Shown piece after piece: positions 50,201 to 62,500 of a stretch of 64,000 nt of DNA. This DNA comes from an uncultured Gammaproteobacteria bacterium (GTDB taxonomy: Bacteria; Patescibacteriota; Patescibacteriia; UBA10025; JAHIVO01). The position numbers and the translations under genes were made by a program. The DNA lies in NCBI GenBank assembly GCA_964592105.1, contig CAZQBL010000016.1, forward strand, positions 2,560 to 66,559, written 5' to 3'. Each line of letters opens with the position of its first letter. Positions within the stretch are counted from its first letter, which is position 1. A model generated the notes under the pieces. That model searched no databases. It was not told where the DNA came from and worked only from the letters and a program-made list of their open reading frames with translations.

Positions 50201-51198
50201 GCAAATGTTCCAATACTAATTTGTATTGTTCAAAAAATGGGGATTGTACCGGGGGCGGGACATGCCAGATGATGGGATCCCGGGTTTCCGGTATGACTTT
50301 TGACGGGACGAATATGTGGATTTATAACGGTACCAGTAATGATAATATAGCGGCTAGGGAATGCAGTGATGACATTGATAATGATGGTGATGGCCTAAAA
50401 GATGGTGCTGATCCGAATTGCCGTAATTCGGGCAATTCTATTGATCTTCACGAAGCCAGTTTATGCGATGATAACATTGATAATGATAATGACGGATTGT
50501 GCGATTGGGATGGCTGCAATGGTCTGCCGGCTGAAGCAGAATGTATTGTGACAGGCAATACTGATAACCAAAACAAGATGCTGGATACCGAAGGTGCTAA
50601 AGATAGTAATGGTAATTGGATTTATTCTAATCAACTCGGCTTAACCGAGTGCCGTGATGGCAAGGATAATGACGGCAATGGTTTGTGTGATTTTGACGGC
50701 GCTGTGGGCAGTCCCGGCTGCAGCGGAAAGCCGGATCCGGGGTGTACAAACGCCGAAGATAGAAGTGAGGCTAGTCGGTTGCATGATTCCCATTTGACCC
50801 GCGTAGTCGCCGCGACGAATCAAATAGTTGAGAGCGTGCGGGTGGGTAATTACAGCCGTGCCTCGGGGATGATTTTTAATGGTTCTAGCATCTGGCTCGG
50901 CATCAGTAATGATAGTTACGTATTGCATCAATATTATTCAGGCAGTGGCCTTGGCGCGACTGACCTGGCTGGAGCGGTGAATCTTCAGGGTTCTTTGCCA
51001 GGCACTGCCCAGCCAGGTAGTTTCTCTATTTCTGGTTCCGCTGTTTTGGCCGGAAGATTGACGGTAGTGGGCGATCTAGTGGTTCAGAATAATGAGTGGG
51101 GTAGCGCGGGAGTGAATAAAAATTTTGGTACATCATGCGATGATGGTGAATTTGCCACGGAAGTCACTTCAACCGGCATTGTATGTAAAAAATTGTAG
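47263..51198 (+). CDS. Secreted fibre/beta-propeller adhesin-like protein, paralog 2, with extra blades and CxDxxDNDxD repeats
   Basis: Same scaffold (WEEP..QTKQGRL, GVYG, WAGYF, FDGxYxW, CDDGEF..CKKL); four CxDxxDNDxD/N motifs; start ATG 47263 or TTG 47251. Confidence 0.75.
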   Translation: MRHSVYKTKSIKKSTLLYLGLTCWLLIAGFGINAARAAWEEPSAEAPGGNVFGPLNIGPDMQTKQGRLLLDPLYNPLNSMPPINNQLEVRGEGAYFSTLYASQTLAVDTDTLVVNDTGLGIGTANPTVALQVADSRVRVTTDLAGVAAVQSRSSGSSGLYAYAEGADLAAVYGTSASGFGVYGINEFGGTGVFGRSETSSAVVGSTAASYNPTNIIAGVYGQASGLNSWAGYFQQRLFGSDQIIGRKFSPNRLQNSQISYTAGWEMRQVEDSRYTSPKHIVFDGNYLWVSQAGEFDNMFIIDPVSGTIAQEFYPADNYHNHIVPNKMIFVNGYIWAATKVNTGTCIRGSIARINVDPDNIEIINYPVTDCPPSGYSTAIDLVYDNQTTGGPYIWTVNWINRYGGNYDYSLGRLNLNDYSYMPPIKPSGQCLTFDPSRCNDGIDNDSDANIDFGCSGVPGVPPNYSWLLDTQEECEGAGGSWNTGDTQCTNIGWESPDGNDITNDERLVMKALGHPTGITMDTSRGDIWVSFNGMEAYSAGEQSISGEGLIKISASNTDDYSVYCQQNSSGIALPGRKPADIVYDSVNDRIWIAHDPSWVNYQPASGISKIDPETGRTEAEYTRQTGYVWGSGGPFVIDFDSSSDGGPYIWASNSEHGEHLVKFDIANATFTHDYYPLPGIVYDFTFDRRNPSNPYIWGAHADASLLSQNQINSPYTTVTYVPKGAASGDVLFDGTYVWTSNRSGYSVSKYRAVDGKKIGDYGTGRNPNFMVFDGTNIWTFNNYDLQSRDITKIRAIDGARLGDFNKGQREMGADAVFDGRYIWNSNSYSNSLRKIDTQNCTDPDGGGPAVGSCANKLFTASSGLPVNFQPNKIIYDGNYIWATSNKSNNGNQIIKISFSDNNTPNNINDDTIAVVGTYTFTDIGIATGNINLIEFDGTYIWLGTIGVDGFGNSVYKFDPNNCSGSACPLAGRFPIYHEAGKCSNTNLYCSKNGDCTGGGTCQMMGSRVSGMTFDGTNMWIYNGTSNDNIAARECSDDIDNDGDGLKDGADPNCRNSGNSIDLHEASLCDDNIDNDNDGLCDWDGCNGLPAEAECIVTGNTDNQNKMLDTEGAKDSNGNWIYSNQLGLTECRDGKDNDGNGLCDFDGAVGSPGCSGKPDPGCTNAEDRSEASRLHDSHLTRVVAATNQIVESVRVGNYSRASGMIFNGSSIWLGISNDSYVLHQYYSGSGLGATDLAGAVNLQGSLPGTAQPGSFSISGSAVLAGRLTVVGDLVVQNNEWGSAGVNKNFGTSCDDGEFATEVTSTGIVCKKL

Positions 51199-51247
51199 AA
51201 AATTTAATTGTCATTTTTAGGACAATGACAAAGTAAAACAATACATA

Positions 51248-53344
51248 ATGAATCGTTCAAATAGAAAATTAAATTATTCTCAAAAAACAGCCGGACTGTA
51301 TATGAGTTTTATGATGATTTTTTTTATCGCGCTTTTTGGCGCAAAAATGACGAGAGCCGACTGGCGCGAGCCGACAGCACCGCCGCCAACAAAAAATATT
51401 TATCCTCCGTTGACTGTCAGTGGGGAGCCGCAGGCCAAGGCCGGAAAATTAAAACTTGATCCAAACTTTAATCCTGATAACCTGACCACTTTATTAACTT
51501 ACCCTCTGGAAGTTGTGGGGACCGGTAAAGTAATAAAGGGCGCAGCGGATAATTTGCGAGTCGCTGACACCTTGTTTGTGAGTGCCGATGAAGACAAGGT
51601 TGATATTGCTAGTAAGCCCACTAATAACTCGGCAAAATTAACTGTTTATGGTGGCAAAGTGCAGATCGGGACAGAACTCAATCCTGTTTCTGGTCAGGCT
51701 TTGTGGGGAGAAAGTGCCAGTGGGCACGGAATTCTTGGCACGACTTTGGCTTCGAGCAGCAGTCAAGTTTATGCCGGAGTCAGAGGTGAAAATAACAATG
51801 CTCGGGGTTATGGCGTTTGGGGTTTATCAAGCAGTAGCGGAGCGAATGCCAGGTCCGGCGTTTATGGCCAGACCAAGGGCGGTGCTGGTATCTATGGCGT
51901 AACAAACTCATATTTGTACGCGGCTGTTTATGGGGAAAATACTGCGGCTATCAATATGGGCTGGGCCGGTTATTTTGACGGTAATCTGGGCGCCGGTTCT
52001 GATGTAGTTTCCAGCAGGTTTCTGCCGACAAATCTTCGGCGGTCACTTATACCGTTCACCTCGGGGCAGGCGGTGAGCAATTATTCTTTTGGACAATGGT
52101 CGTCCACTTGGCCCGATAACGGCGTGCTGGCTTTTGATGGTACTTATGTTTGGCTGGCGACAAATCGGGATGACAGTGTGACCCACAATAACCTTTTTAA
52201 ACTTCGCGCTTCTGATGGTCAATTGATTAAATCCTATCAAATCGGCGACAATTTGTGGGCCATAACTTTTGACGGGCGCTACCTTTGGCTTTTGGATCAG
52301 GATGGTGATTTACGGCGTTTTGATCCGGTAAACGAAACGGCTGCGCCATTGGTGATAAGCGGCGCGAGTCTGGAGTTAGATTCCGACGACACCACGCCTT
52401 ATCTGGCGGTCAGTCATCAAAGTGGTCATACATATATTTGGTTAGTTGATAGAGGTGATGATCGGGTTATCAAGGTAAATTCCTTTTTGGCGAACATCGA
52501 TTCCGCATATTCTTTGGATGCTTTAGTTGATAGCGCCGTTTATGATCCCATGGGCATTACCTACGATGGAAAATATATTTGGGTAGCCGCGCGTGGCGAC
52601 GGCGGATACTTAATTCGTCTCTGGGCTGAAAATCCTTCAAATCCCACCGACCCGGCCGATCGGCCGTTGCGTTTTGATACTACCACCGATCAACTGGCCT
52701 GCCCTCCCTATAATGTGGTGGCAGACGGTCTGCATGTCTGGTGTCTGCCGGATCAGGGTTCCGACACGGAATTGGTACGTGTGTGGGCAGCCAATCCTAA
52801 CGATCCGCGCCATCCGGCTAAGGATTTTGGCGCGTTCAGTAGCGTGCAGCTTAAAGATGGCACGACGGACGGGACTTACCTCTGGGTGGTCAGTTTGCAG
52901 GACAGACGGCTGTACCGGTTCTTATTGGCTGATCCTGGCCAGTATACTTATTTCACAGTTTCGTTCGAGGAACCCAAGGAAATACTTTTTGACGGGACAT
53001 ATTTATGGATTCCCGAGACGTCAGGCACCGCCGCCCCCACGTTGCATAAATATTTTTCCGGCAACGGCCTCGGACATACCGATTTGACTACCGTTGTTAA
53101 TTTGGACTCCTCGCCTGCCCAAAACGGCAATTTCAATATTTTTGGTACAGCTGAGGTCGGCGGCACTTTGTCAGTAGGAGGCGATCTGGTGGCCAAAAAT
53201 AATACTTGGGATCCGGCGGGTGATGACGTAGCCGTTCCGGTTTTTGGGGGTTTGGCCTCTTGCGCTGTCAATGGCCACTTCATCAAAGGTATTACGATTG
53301 GTGCCGACCATAAAATAAGTGCAATTGTGTGCCGGGGGCTGTAA
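51248..53344 (+). CDS. Secreted fibre/beta-propeller adhesin-like protein, paralog 3
   Basis: WREP..PP..N..L..QAKAGKL, GVYG repeats, WAGYFDG, FDGxYxW, CAVNGHFI..CRGL. Confidence 0.75.
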   Translation: MNRSNRKLNYSQKTAGLYMSFMMIFFIALFGAKMTRADWREPTAPPPTKNIYPPLTVSGEPQAKAGKLKLDPNFNPDNLTTLLTYPLEVVGTGKVIKGAADNLRVADTLFVSADEDKVDIASKPTNNSAKLTVYGGKVQIGTELNPVSGQALWGESASGHGILGTTLASSSSQVYAGVRGENNNARGYGVWGLSSSSGANARSGVYGQTKGGAGIYGVTNSYLYAAVYGENTAAINMGWAGYFDGNLGAGSDVVSSRFLPTNLRRSLIPFTSGQAVSNYSFGQWSSTWPDNGVLAFDGTYVWLATNRDDSVTHNNLFKLRASDGQLIKSYQIGDNLWAITFDGRYLWLLDQDGDLRRFDPVNETAAPLVISGASLELDSDDTTPYLAVSHQSGHTYIWLVDRGDDRVIKVNSFLANIDSAYSLDALVDSAVYDPMGITYDGKYIWVAARGDGGYLIRLWAENPSNPTDPADRPLRFDTTTDQLACPPYNVVADGLHVWCLPDQGSDTELVRVWAANPNDPRHPAKDFGAFSSVQLKDGTTDGTYLWVVSLQDRRLYRFLLADPGQYTYFTVSFEEPKEILFDGTYLWIPETSGTAAPTLHKYFSGNGLGHTDLTTVVNLDSSPAQNGNFNIFGTAEVGGTLSVGGDLVAKNNTWDPAGDDVAVPVFGGLASCAVNGHFIKGITIGADHKISAIVCRGL

Positions 53345-53373
53345 GTAATTATTGATTCATAATATATTATATA

Positions 53374-53445
53374 ATGAGCGGACGATTTAAAGAATACAAA
53401 AATTTGGATATTTGGCGCAGATCGTTCAGTAGATATCCAAACTAA
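53374..53445 (+). pseudogene. 5' remnant of a four-helix-bundle gene
   Basis: MSGRFKEYKNLDIWRRS..* matches the family N-terminus (compare FKKYQDLDIWKK at 8770). Confidence 0.6.
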
Positions 53446-53554
53446 CCCATTTGCACTTCAAACTGATGTTGGTCAAGTGAATCGTTTAAATGGCCGCGAT
53501 AATAAATTCTCACTGGCTTTAGCCAGGAACGATCAAAGTGGCTTTGAAAATAAT

Positions 53555-56500
53555 ATGAGTAAGTTCACTAAATACATCTCCTATACAGTATTAATTCTGG
53601 CCCTGGCCGGGGTCTTGGCGGCTGGGTTGTTTTTGATAACTTATATGATGAGTAAACCAGCAGAAAAGGCAGTGGGTCCGGTTGGAGTTGATCCGGAAAC
53701 GCAGATAGATGAATCAGTACAGAAAATTAGCCGTAATTATAGTGAAGTTTTAAACGAAGATGGCACGAGGACCGCTACTTTTACCTTGGGCCAAAGCCAG
53801 TATCTTGATGCGAATGGAACTTATCAGCCGATTGACACTAACTTAGTGGCTTCCGAGGGGGATTTTGCTTATAAAAACGAAACCAACGGCTTCCGGTCGT
53901 ACTTCAGCGCCAGCGCAACAGCAGATAATTTTGCCAAGTTTCAAATTGGCGACCGGTCAGTGGCTTTTTCATTCGTTGAGCCTAACGGATCAACCGCTGC
54001 TGTTGACGACAATACGATTATTTATCCGAATGTTTATGACGGCTTAGACGCCAAATACACCATTACCGGCGACGAATTTCTGGAAGAACTGATCGCCAGA
54101 AAGGAATTGACTGTAGATAGAATCAGCCAAAAAATAAAATTAAACGGCGTTTATTATAAACAGCAACCAGACGGCTCCATTACTTTTCATGATGAAAAAA
54201 CGAAGAAAATAGCCTGGCTGGCGCCGGCGCCGGTCATGTACGAGCAGAATAATCCCGAAAAAATCAGCTCAGGTCTGCATTATGAAATACAGGAAAGCGG
54301 GGAGGGGATTATTCTAAGCAAAGTGATTGATCAGGCAGGCAAGCAGTGGCTGAAAACCGCGACTTTCCCAGTAGTGATTGAGCCGACTTATTCGCCTCCA
54401 CCTTATTATGTCAGCGGCCCTTGGGGCTATCTGCGACGGCGGACTGATGGTGGCATCATATCGACTTTTCTACATTATACGCCTGGCGAGGTTAAAAATC
54501 ATACAGTATATACACGACATCACTATCAAGCCCGTTCCTATTTGAGTTTTGACACCAGTTCAATCGTGGACAGCGCTGTTGTCCAGACTGCCACTTTGGC
54601 AGTAACTATGGACAGCTGGGGTGCATGTCTAAGTGACGGGTCAAGCTTTCAGCGGATTTATTCCTGCAAAGACACCTGGAGTACTTTGGATAGCAGTACC
54701 TGGAATTCTTGCCTTACTACTCGAGACGGCAATGTCCGAATAGGCACGGGCGAATTTTGGGGGCCGGGCGAAACTGTGACCATTAATGTCAGCCCTGTCA
54801 ATATCAGCACCATTGGCGCAAGTCAATTTAATTTAGATTATCGGGGTATAGTTGCTCCAAATGATGATGTAAATTGTTGGGTCCAATATCACATTGGGTC
54901 TGGCGGTGCTGCTCGGCCAGTTCTCACCGTAACTTATTTAGCTCAACCTGCGCCGCCTAACAATTTTGAAATATTGCCAGCTACTACCCAGGACTCGCTG
55001 ACCATGACTTTTTCCGATCAAACCACTGATGAAGACGGCTGGGTAATACAAACCTCGTTGACAGGCGCTGATGGCACCTGGATTGATATGTGCGATATCC
55101 CGACGGCTAGCCCTAGCGGGGGTTGTTATAATTATTTGAGAGGAGAGTACTCTTGTCATAATACCTCTAAGGCGAATTATGATTATGACGACGGCACTAC
55201 CCACCGCTACTGCACGGTGACCCATTATGACTTTACGACTACTCCCAACTCAAAACACTACTACCGCATTGCTTCTCGCGCCAATGACGTGCCGGGCAGT
55301 CCTTACTGGATCGGCGAAAGTTTTCAGCTTAGCACGCCGACTTATCGGTACACCCTGGCTTCTCCAATTACCGTAGCGCCGACCACAGTGACCTCGCCCG
55401 GCTGGAATTATTATCAGATTCCGAGCGGTGGTTTGCCGGGTGGCCTGCCGACTTTTTGCCTCGGAGCGAGATTTTTGGCTCCCAATGGCACCTGGCCGCC
55501 CGCAACTCCGACCGTCGGCACCAGATACCTTATGGAAAGAGCATATACTCAGTCCGGCGTCGGCACGGTAAGCGCCTATGTTTTGACCAGTAACCCCAAT
55601 AGATGCACCCAACATACTTTAGCTGAGTGGAACGCTTTGCTCCCGATAGTGATTCCCGCGGCGGAGGTGCCTTATCCAATATGGCCAAATCGTTTGTTCG
55701 AGTTTGGTTTTTATTCCGTAAATGGTGACGGCGTACTGACCGAGCCGACAGTTTTTCGGTCCAGATATAGCCGAGCGAGACGGCCGTCCGCGCCGGCTAT
55801 CAGCAACATCACCAGCACCAGCATGACTGTCAAAATTGATACTGCGCCATCTGACGGGTTTACAAAGCCTTCAACTCCGCCAGCCGGGTGTAGTGATACA
55901 ATTTGCGGCGATGTGAATAGGGATTGTGATGTTACGGGAAGCGATGTTTCCTATTTTGTCAATTATATAAAAAATGGCGGCGGTTTCGTGGAAAATTGGA
56001 CGGGTGATGTTAATGGCGACGGCGTCATTAATAGTTTGGATATACTGTATCTTGTTGATTTTTTTCAAGGAGAAATAACTTTGAATTGTGGTGGGGCAAA
56101 TATTCTTAATCCGGCTTGGACTGATTATGAGGTAGGGACCACATCAGGTTCTTATATCAACGTAAGCGGAGCAAATGGGAATTTGCAATCCAACGAGCGC
56201 TGGTATGATTACGACGGTATGTGCTCGGTGGATAATTATATGACTTGTCATGTGGCTAATGACTGTCCTAGTCCACAAACATGCATCATCAGCGGTACAA
56301 CCTGGGGAGGCGCCGCAGGGGTCAACCTCACTGGCTTGACTCCTAATACTTGCTATACTTTTCAGGCTAGGTCGCGAAACAATACCGATCTCATTGTTTC
56401 AAACTGGCAAACAGGCTCACAACAATGCACTCTGGCGGCCGTACCTGGCAGTCCGGGTGTATCCTGCAATTATGACGATGACATCACAAAACAGTATTTT

Positions 56501-59500
56501 TGCCAGGTGACCATTACTAATCCAAATGGCAATCCGAATGGCACCCAATATTTAACTGAATACTCATATGACAATGTCAATTGGGGTCACTGTTCGAACA
56601 ATCCGGCTATTGCTTGTAATGATGCCACTCCTTGCGGCGGCGGTAATTGCGTTACGAATATAGCAGAAGATTGGACAGCCTATCCTAAGTCAGGCGGTTC
56701 CTGGTTATTGAGCCATAATCAATTGACCTGCGACGCCGGCCACTCGCGCTATTATTACCGGGTCAGGGCCAGGAATTCGGTAGGAGTGGTGACTGATCCC
56801 TCGCCGGTCGGTTCCGACACCCTGCCGCCTTGTCCAGTATCTGTCAATCATTATGATAATCCTGTTTGTCGGAAAAATAGTTATCTTGATGGCTGGCCGG
56901 AAGATCCACAATGCGACTTAGCCGATCCTTTTGATCCGCAGAGTGAAGACGAGTTCCCGGTTTTCTGGTGGTGGCGGCCGGCGGTGAGCGGCCGTGAGAT
57001 ACAGGCTTATCAAGTTTATTTACATAGTCAAGATGGTAATGATTATTGTCTGGCAGGTATTCCCCTTGAACAATTCGGGTGTGGTGAAACAGTGCGTTTG
57101 AAAACCGAGGGGGAAGAATTTAAACAGCCATGGCGGGAGTCTGAGTGGAATGAAGTTGAAATCCCTCAGATCAACGAAAGAGGTATTATTTTCAAGCAAT
57201 TTTTTCAGGAAGGTGCCAAAGATCCTACGACTCCAACCATGACCCTACCTAACCATCAGTACGAGATTATTGTTCGCGGAGTCGATAATCTAGGCAAAAT
57301 GGGTGCACCTTCGACATTAGGTGTATCGGCAGATAATTCTGCATACACCCACTTCGAACAACCCGAGCCTGTCAATTTGGAAATTAGTCGCGTAAACCAG
57401 GAAAATAGGATAACCATATCTACTTCTAATCCCCAGAGACATTGCGATGGTGAGGATTTCTGTAATTTAACTGGATTAAATAATTCCGGTTTGCAATTTA
57501 AAGTGGTGTCAGTCTCAGAAGGAGGCACTGAAGCGCCTCAAGGCGGCGGCGAGACCGGTTTTGATCTGTCAAATGTTTATAAATCTTTAAGTGTTGTTGA
57601 TCGGCAATTATCTACAAACCGCAGATATTGTTATAACGTTCGCGGCTACAACGGTGATTGCGTTGATACGGATCCGACTGACGGCGAGTGCGATCAATTG
57701 AACGATTCGACATCATGGGCCAGAGACATGACCTGCGCCTTTACCTGGGCCAATGTGCCGCACGCACCGCGGCTAATCAAACAGGAGGGCACGACTGATA
57801 CTACGGTTATTATTAGGTCCGACGACGGCAACCCCCATCCCACTACTGAGCCAACCAACGAAGCCGGCGCTAACACCCGGTACGCCATGTGCGTGACTAA
57901 ATATTCTGCCACTGATCAGGTTGATTTTCGCCGATATGTCAGCCCGACAACGGGATTTTTGGGCAGCTGTGCTGGCTATCCAAATGTCAGCAACGAAAAT
58001 GATTGTACTAACCCGCCTTATAACAGCACCTGGACCTGGAACGACAGCTGTGACCAACCAAACAGTTATCTGACCACGCCGGAAAAGTATTGGAGCGTGC
58101 GCGGATCTGGCACTGGCAACGGTTGGGGCGGGGATGATGGCGTTTTGCTGACCGGACTGGAAAATTCTAAGTATGATTTTAGTTTTCAGGCCAGAAACGG
58201 CGATAAGGTGCCGACCCAATTCGGTCCGGCGGCTACGCTATTTTTGGTCAGAAACAATGTGGTGGGCTGGGCCTGGTCCTCTAATGCTGGCTGGATTTCG
58301 CTTAATTGCCTGAACATGTGGGCTAATCCCACTGTTTACGGCTATAGCTGTAATAGTGCTGATGAGTGGGGCTTGAACACCTATTATGTTGAGGGCCGTG
58401 AGTATAATCCGCTGGAAGGGTATGCCTGGTCAGCATCAGGTCTGGCTTTGGGTGGAGAATGGACAGAGGCGGAGAATGTGAGCCGGGTAAAGAATGTGTC
58501 CTCAGCTTATGGCGCGCCATCTTTGGCGGTAGATGTTTACGGCAATCCGCATCTGGCTTGGGCAAATCGTGCCGGCGGTGATCGTACCGACATTTATTAT
58601 TTAAAAAAAGAAAATGGCGAGTGGAGAACCGCCGATGACACGATCTATGTTCCTGGTTCCACCCCTTCAGTCAATGTGACGAATACTAACGCCTTGGCTT
58701 CAGTTATGCCCTCATTGGCGTTAGATTCGAGCGGTCTGCCTCATCTGGTTTGGTATGAAGAGGGCGGAGGTGTGTTTTATTTGAAGTGGGATACGGCTGA
58801 TAATCGCTGGGAAACAATTCTTGGTTGGGATTTTGCCACAGCCAATATCCCAGCAAACCGTGGAACGTCCGGGCTTAGAATTTCCCCTCCCGGAAATAAC
58901 GGCAACAATACACCGCATCTTGTTTTGGATAAAAAAAATCTGCCGCACGTGGTTTATACATTTAATAATGAAATATATTATAAATACTGGGATTCTACGG
59001 CCAGTTCAGGTGATGGGGCTTGGGTTGATGCTAACGGTGAAGCCGGAGGAGAGGATCGTCTCAATGTCAGTAATACTGGCGCAGAGGAGAATTATTGTTC
59101 CACCGATCCCAAGCTGGCTTTGAGCAATGAAGCCGAGCAGCGGCCATATATAGTTTGGAGGCAATCAGACCCGAACAATGAAGGTTGCGATGAAACCGGT
59201 GCGGTTTATTTAAGGAGATGGGACGGGGCAAACTGGGTGACCGTCAGCGGCGACAGCGATCAGGGTTATAACGGTGCCAATTTACACGTTAATTTTGGTG
59301 TGGCGGGGTATGTGGAAGAAAATAATCCGCCGGATAATTATCATGCCGAATCGCCCAATTTGGCTCTTGATTCGCAAAACCGGCCAGGCGTGGTCTGGCG
59401 CGATCCCAATGATATTTTTTATAAAAAATGGAATGGCGTGCGTTGGGTCCCGTCTGCCGCGTCTGCCAGCTTTCCTGATTTATGGGTAAATTATGATACA

Positions 59501-62500
59501 GGAAAATTCCATCAAAATGCCAGCCGTACCGGCTCAGCCTCTGGCACCTTGCAGATTGCCATTACCATGAAAGACGACCTGCCCCAGATTTCCTGGGGAG
59601 AAAATGCACCGGGTTTCAAGAAAGAGGTTGTTTTTCGGTACTGGAACCAGCAACACTGGACCACTATATCCGGTGCGGGTAACGATGATTTTGTCCATCG
59701 TGACGACGAAGATTTCAGCGTTTCGCGTACCCCCCAGGACGCCTCCTTGGCTCCGTCCATGTCTTTTGACGCTTTTGGTAATCCCCATATCGCCTGGTTG
59801 GAATATACGTATGATTGGGACGATGGAGATTGCGTGACTAATGGTGAGGGTGGACAGACTTGCTGCGCTTCAAACAATGACTGCGCCAATCCCGATTATC
59901 CTTATTGCGTTAATTTGTATCCCGATTCTTTCTGTTCTGCGGTGGATATAAAATATTCCAAGTGGGACCAGACGCCAAAAAACACAGGTTTGGGGTGGGT
60001 AAGTTTATACGCTAAAGTTTGTAAAGATGATACGCAACATGGTTGTTTCGACGATGATGACTGCGGCGGGGTGGCCGGTTCGTGCCAAGAGAGCGCGGGC
60101 ACGCCCCCGGACGGAGTGCTTTATGGATTTTGTTATAACAATACCGATACCACTGGCGAAAAATATGGAGTTTGCTCAAACAACAATACAATAAAATGTA
60201 CCGAGCATGACGTTTCTGATTGTAACGCCCCAGATACGGCTACTTGTATTTTGGAAACTTGTATTTCGGATTCTGATTGTCCAGATCCAGAGTCTGGCGT
60301 CAAAGAATGCCGCCGGATCACAACCGCGAATTTCAATGGCACTACCAGAGAGATTGAGGGCTGGGCCAGGATTTTGTCAAAGAAGGACGAGGGTTTGATC
60401 AATGGCTTTGTTGATTGGGGCTGGATCCATTTAAATGGTAATTATGATGATGGTCAGGGTAATGCCGGAACTTATGGTTTGACCGGAACGGAAGTCGATT
60501 CACAGAATTTCTTAGGCGACCCGGATGTCAATCCTAATAACGTAAAATTATACAGTTTGTTCGGCTGGGCTTGGCAGAGCCAAACAGCATGGTTTCCAGA
60601 CAAGGTCCAATCAGGCGTTGGCTGGATAGAATTTATGCCCGTTGGCGCGCTCTTGGGTATCCCTTACTTGCAGACCCAGTACAGTGATATTTATGCGGGA
60701 CAGAATATTTCGCTGGCGCCGCCGCCGCGCGGTTCTGGGTATTACACTTCAACCTATCTAATCTTGGCTAACGGCGATATTCAGGGCATACCCGGTTATT
60801 ACGCCCAGACCCAAACCGGCTTGCCGACCAGCCAATATATTGAATCAGGTTTAAGTTCTCTGATTGGCGGTTCATGCAGTAACACCAATTACCACACCCA
60901 AGCTGATTGCGAGGCGCATCTTGGTACCTGGACTCAGGGAGCCGGAGAGCCGCTGGGCACCCGGCCGCTTTCAAGAATTAATATTACTGATTTGATAACC
61001 CAAGTCAGCGGCTCCAACAAGAATCGATTCGGTCAGGAGGTCGTCACTTTGAGCTCCGGTGACTTAAGTTTGAGTGACGGTGACCATTTGGGGCCCACTC
61101 CGGTTCTGAATAGCAAAGTTTACTACGTGAACGGCAACGCCAGCGTGGACTATTCGACTATTACTTTCATGAAAGGGGGTGATGGTACCAGCGGCAACGG
61201 CACTATCATTATCAATGGTAATTTGGAAATCAACAAGGATATTAAATATGACGATACTGAACTGGATTCAGGTAACGATAATATCACTGATTTGCCGTCG
61301 GCCGCATTTATTGTTGAGGGAAATATCTATATCAATTCAAAAGTTCAGACATTGTCTGCCGTGTTCGTGGCCAAGGACAATCCCAATACAACTGATGTGG
61401 TTGAAGGCACGATCAGCACCGGCCGAGTGAAGCCTTTCTCAGTGAGTATTGAAAATAGCAGGGACGATGGTAATGTGGTATATGTACCTAGCGGTTCGAA
61501 ATATATAGATCAATTTGATTTTAACGACCTAAGCGTCGGCTATAATATTGATGGCCAGGAAGTTTATCGCGGCTTCCTACGCTTCCCACTGGATGTCCCG
61601 GCAGGATCGGAAATACAGCGAGCCTATTTACGTCTGACAGCGGCTGGTTCGAGCGAGATAGGTAACCCAGAAGCTTTTGCCCCCCGGATTTATTTGGTTA
61701 ATACGGGAAATATGAACAGTTTAGACTCGTACGATGCCAATGGAGATGGTAATTGGGATGAATTGTATAATATAGCCATCGCCAATGGAATTACCGCTCC
61801 ACTTCTAACCGGCTGGAATAATGGCAGTCAATGGGTTGACGACGCTGGCGCGGTTAATGAATCTCCTGATTTGAAAAGTTTGATTCAGCATTTCGTAAAT
61901 ATGAGCGATTATATCGAGGGCAATTCTATAGGTATTGTTATAAAAGAAGGTAATGCGGCTTCATTGGATGAGAATAATATTTTGAGATTCTATACTTTTG
62001 ATAATGGCGATCCGAATTATTATCCTGAATTGGTTATTGAGTATTCCCCGCGACGAACCAGTGTTCAGGTCAGCCACGATGCATCGGGGTCAAAGCAGGG
62101 CTCAACATATTTCAATGATACCCCAAATTGTATTGATATTGGCTGGAATAATAGTCGTGCCAACAGGGCAATTCTACAGTTTGCTCCATTGGCCGTTCCC
62201 AAGGAAGCTGAAATAGTCAACGCACGGTTGCGCATGGAGATTTGCGACAGCGGCGGTGGTAGTTTCCAGATGCGTTATGGTTTGCATGAAGGATATCCGG
62301 CATTTGACAATGACTATTTGCCACATTATTATGATACCCCCAAGCTTGACATTACCCGCGTGGCTGAAGTCGCGCAATCATTGAGCTCGAGTGATTGGGC
62401 CAATGGTACTACGGTTGTTTCAGATGATATTACGCGACTAGTTGCTTCGTTTTTTGATCGTGATGACTACAACAGTAGATTTGAACAAGCATTTAGTTTA

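Noticed and set aside
45026-53344. Prophage tail-fibre cluster
   Set aside because: The proteins have signal peptides and no capsid, terminase, portal or integrase genes are nearby
53477-53554. GTG start for the giant protein
   Set aside because: The extension overlaps decayed cassette sequence; ATG 53555 directly precedes the basic-plus-hydrophobic anchor
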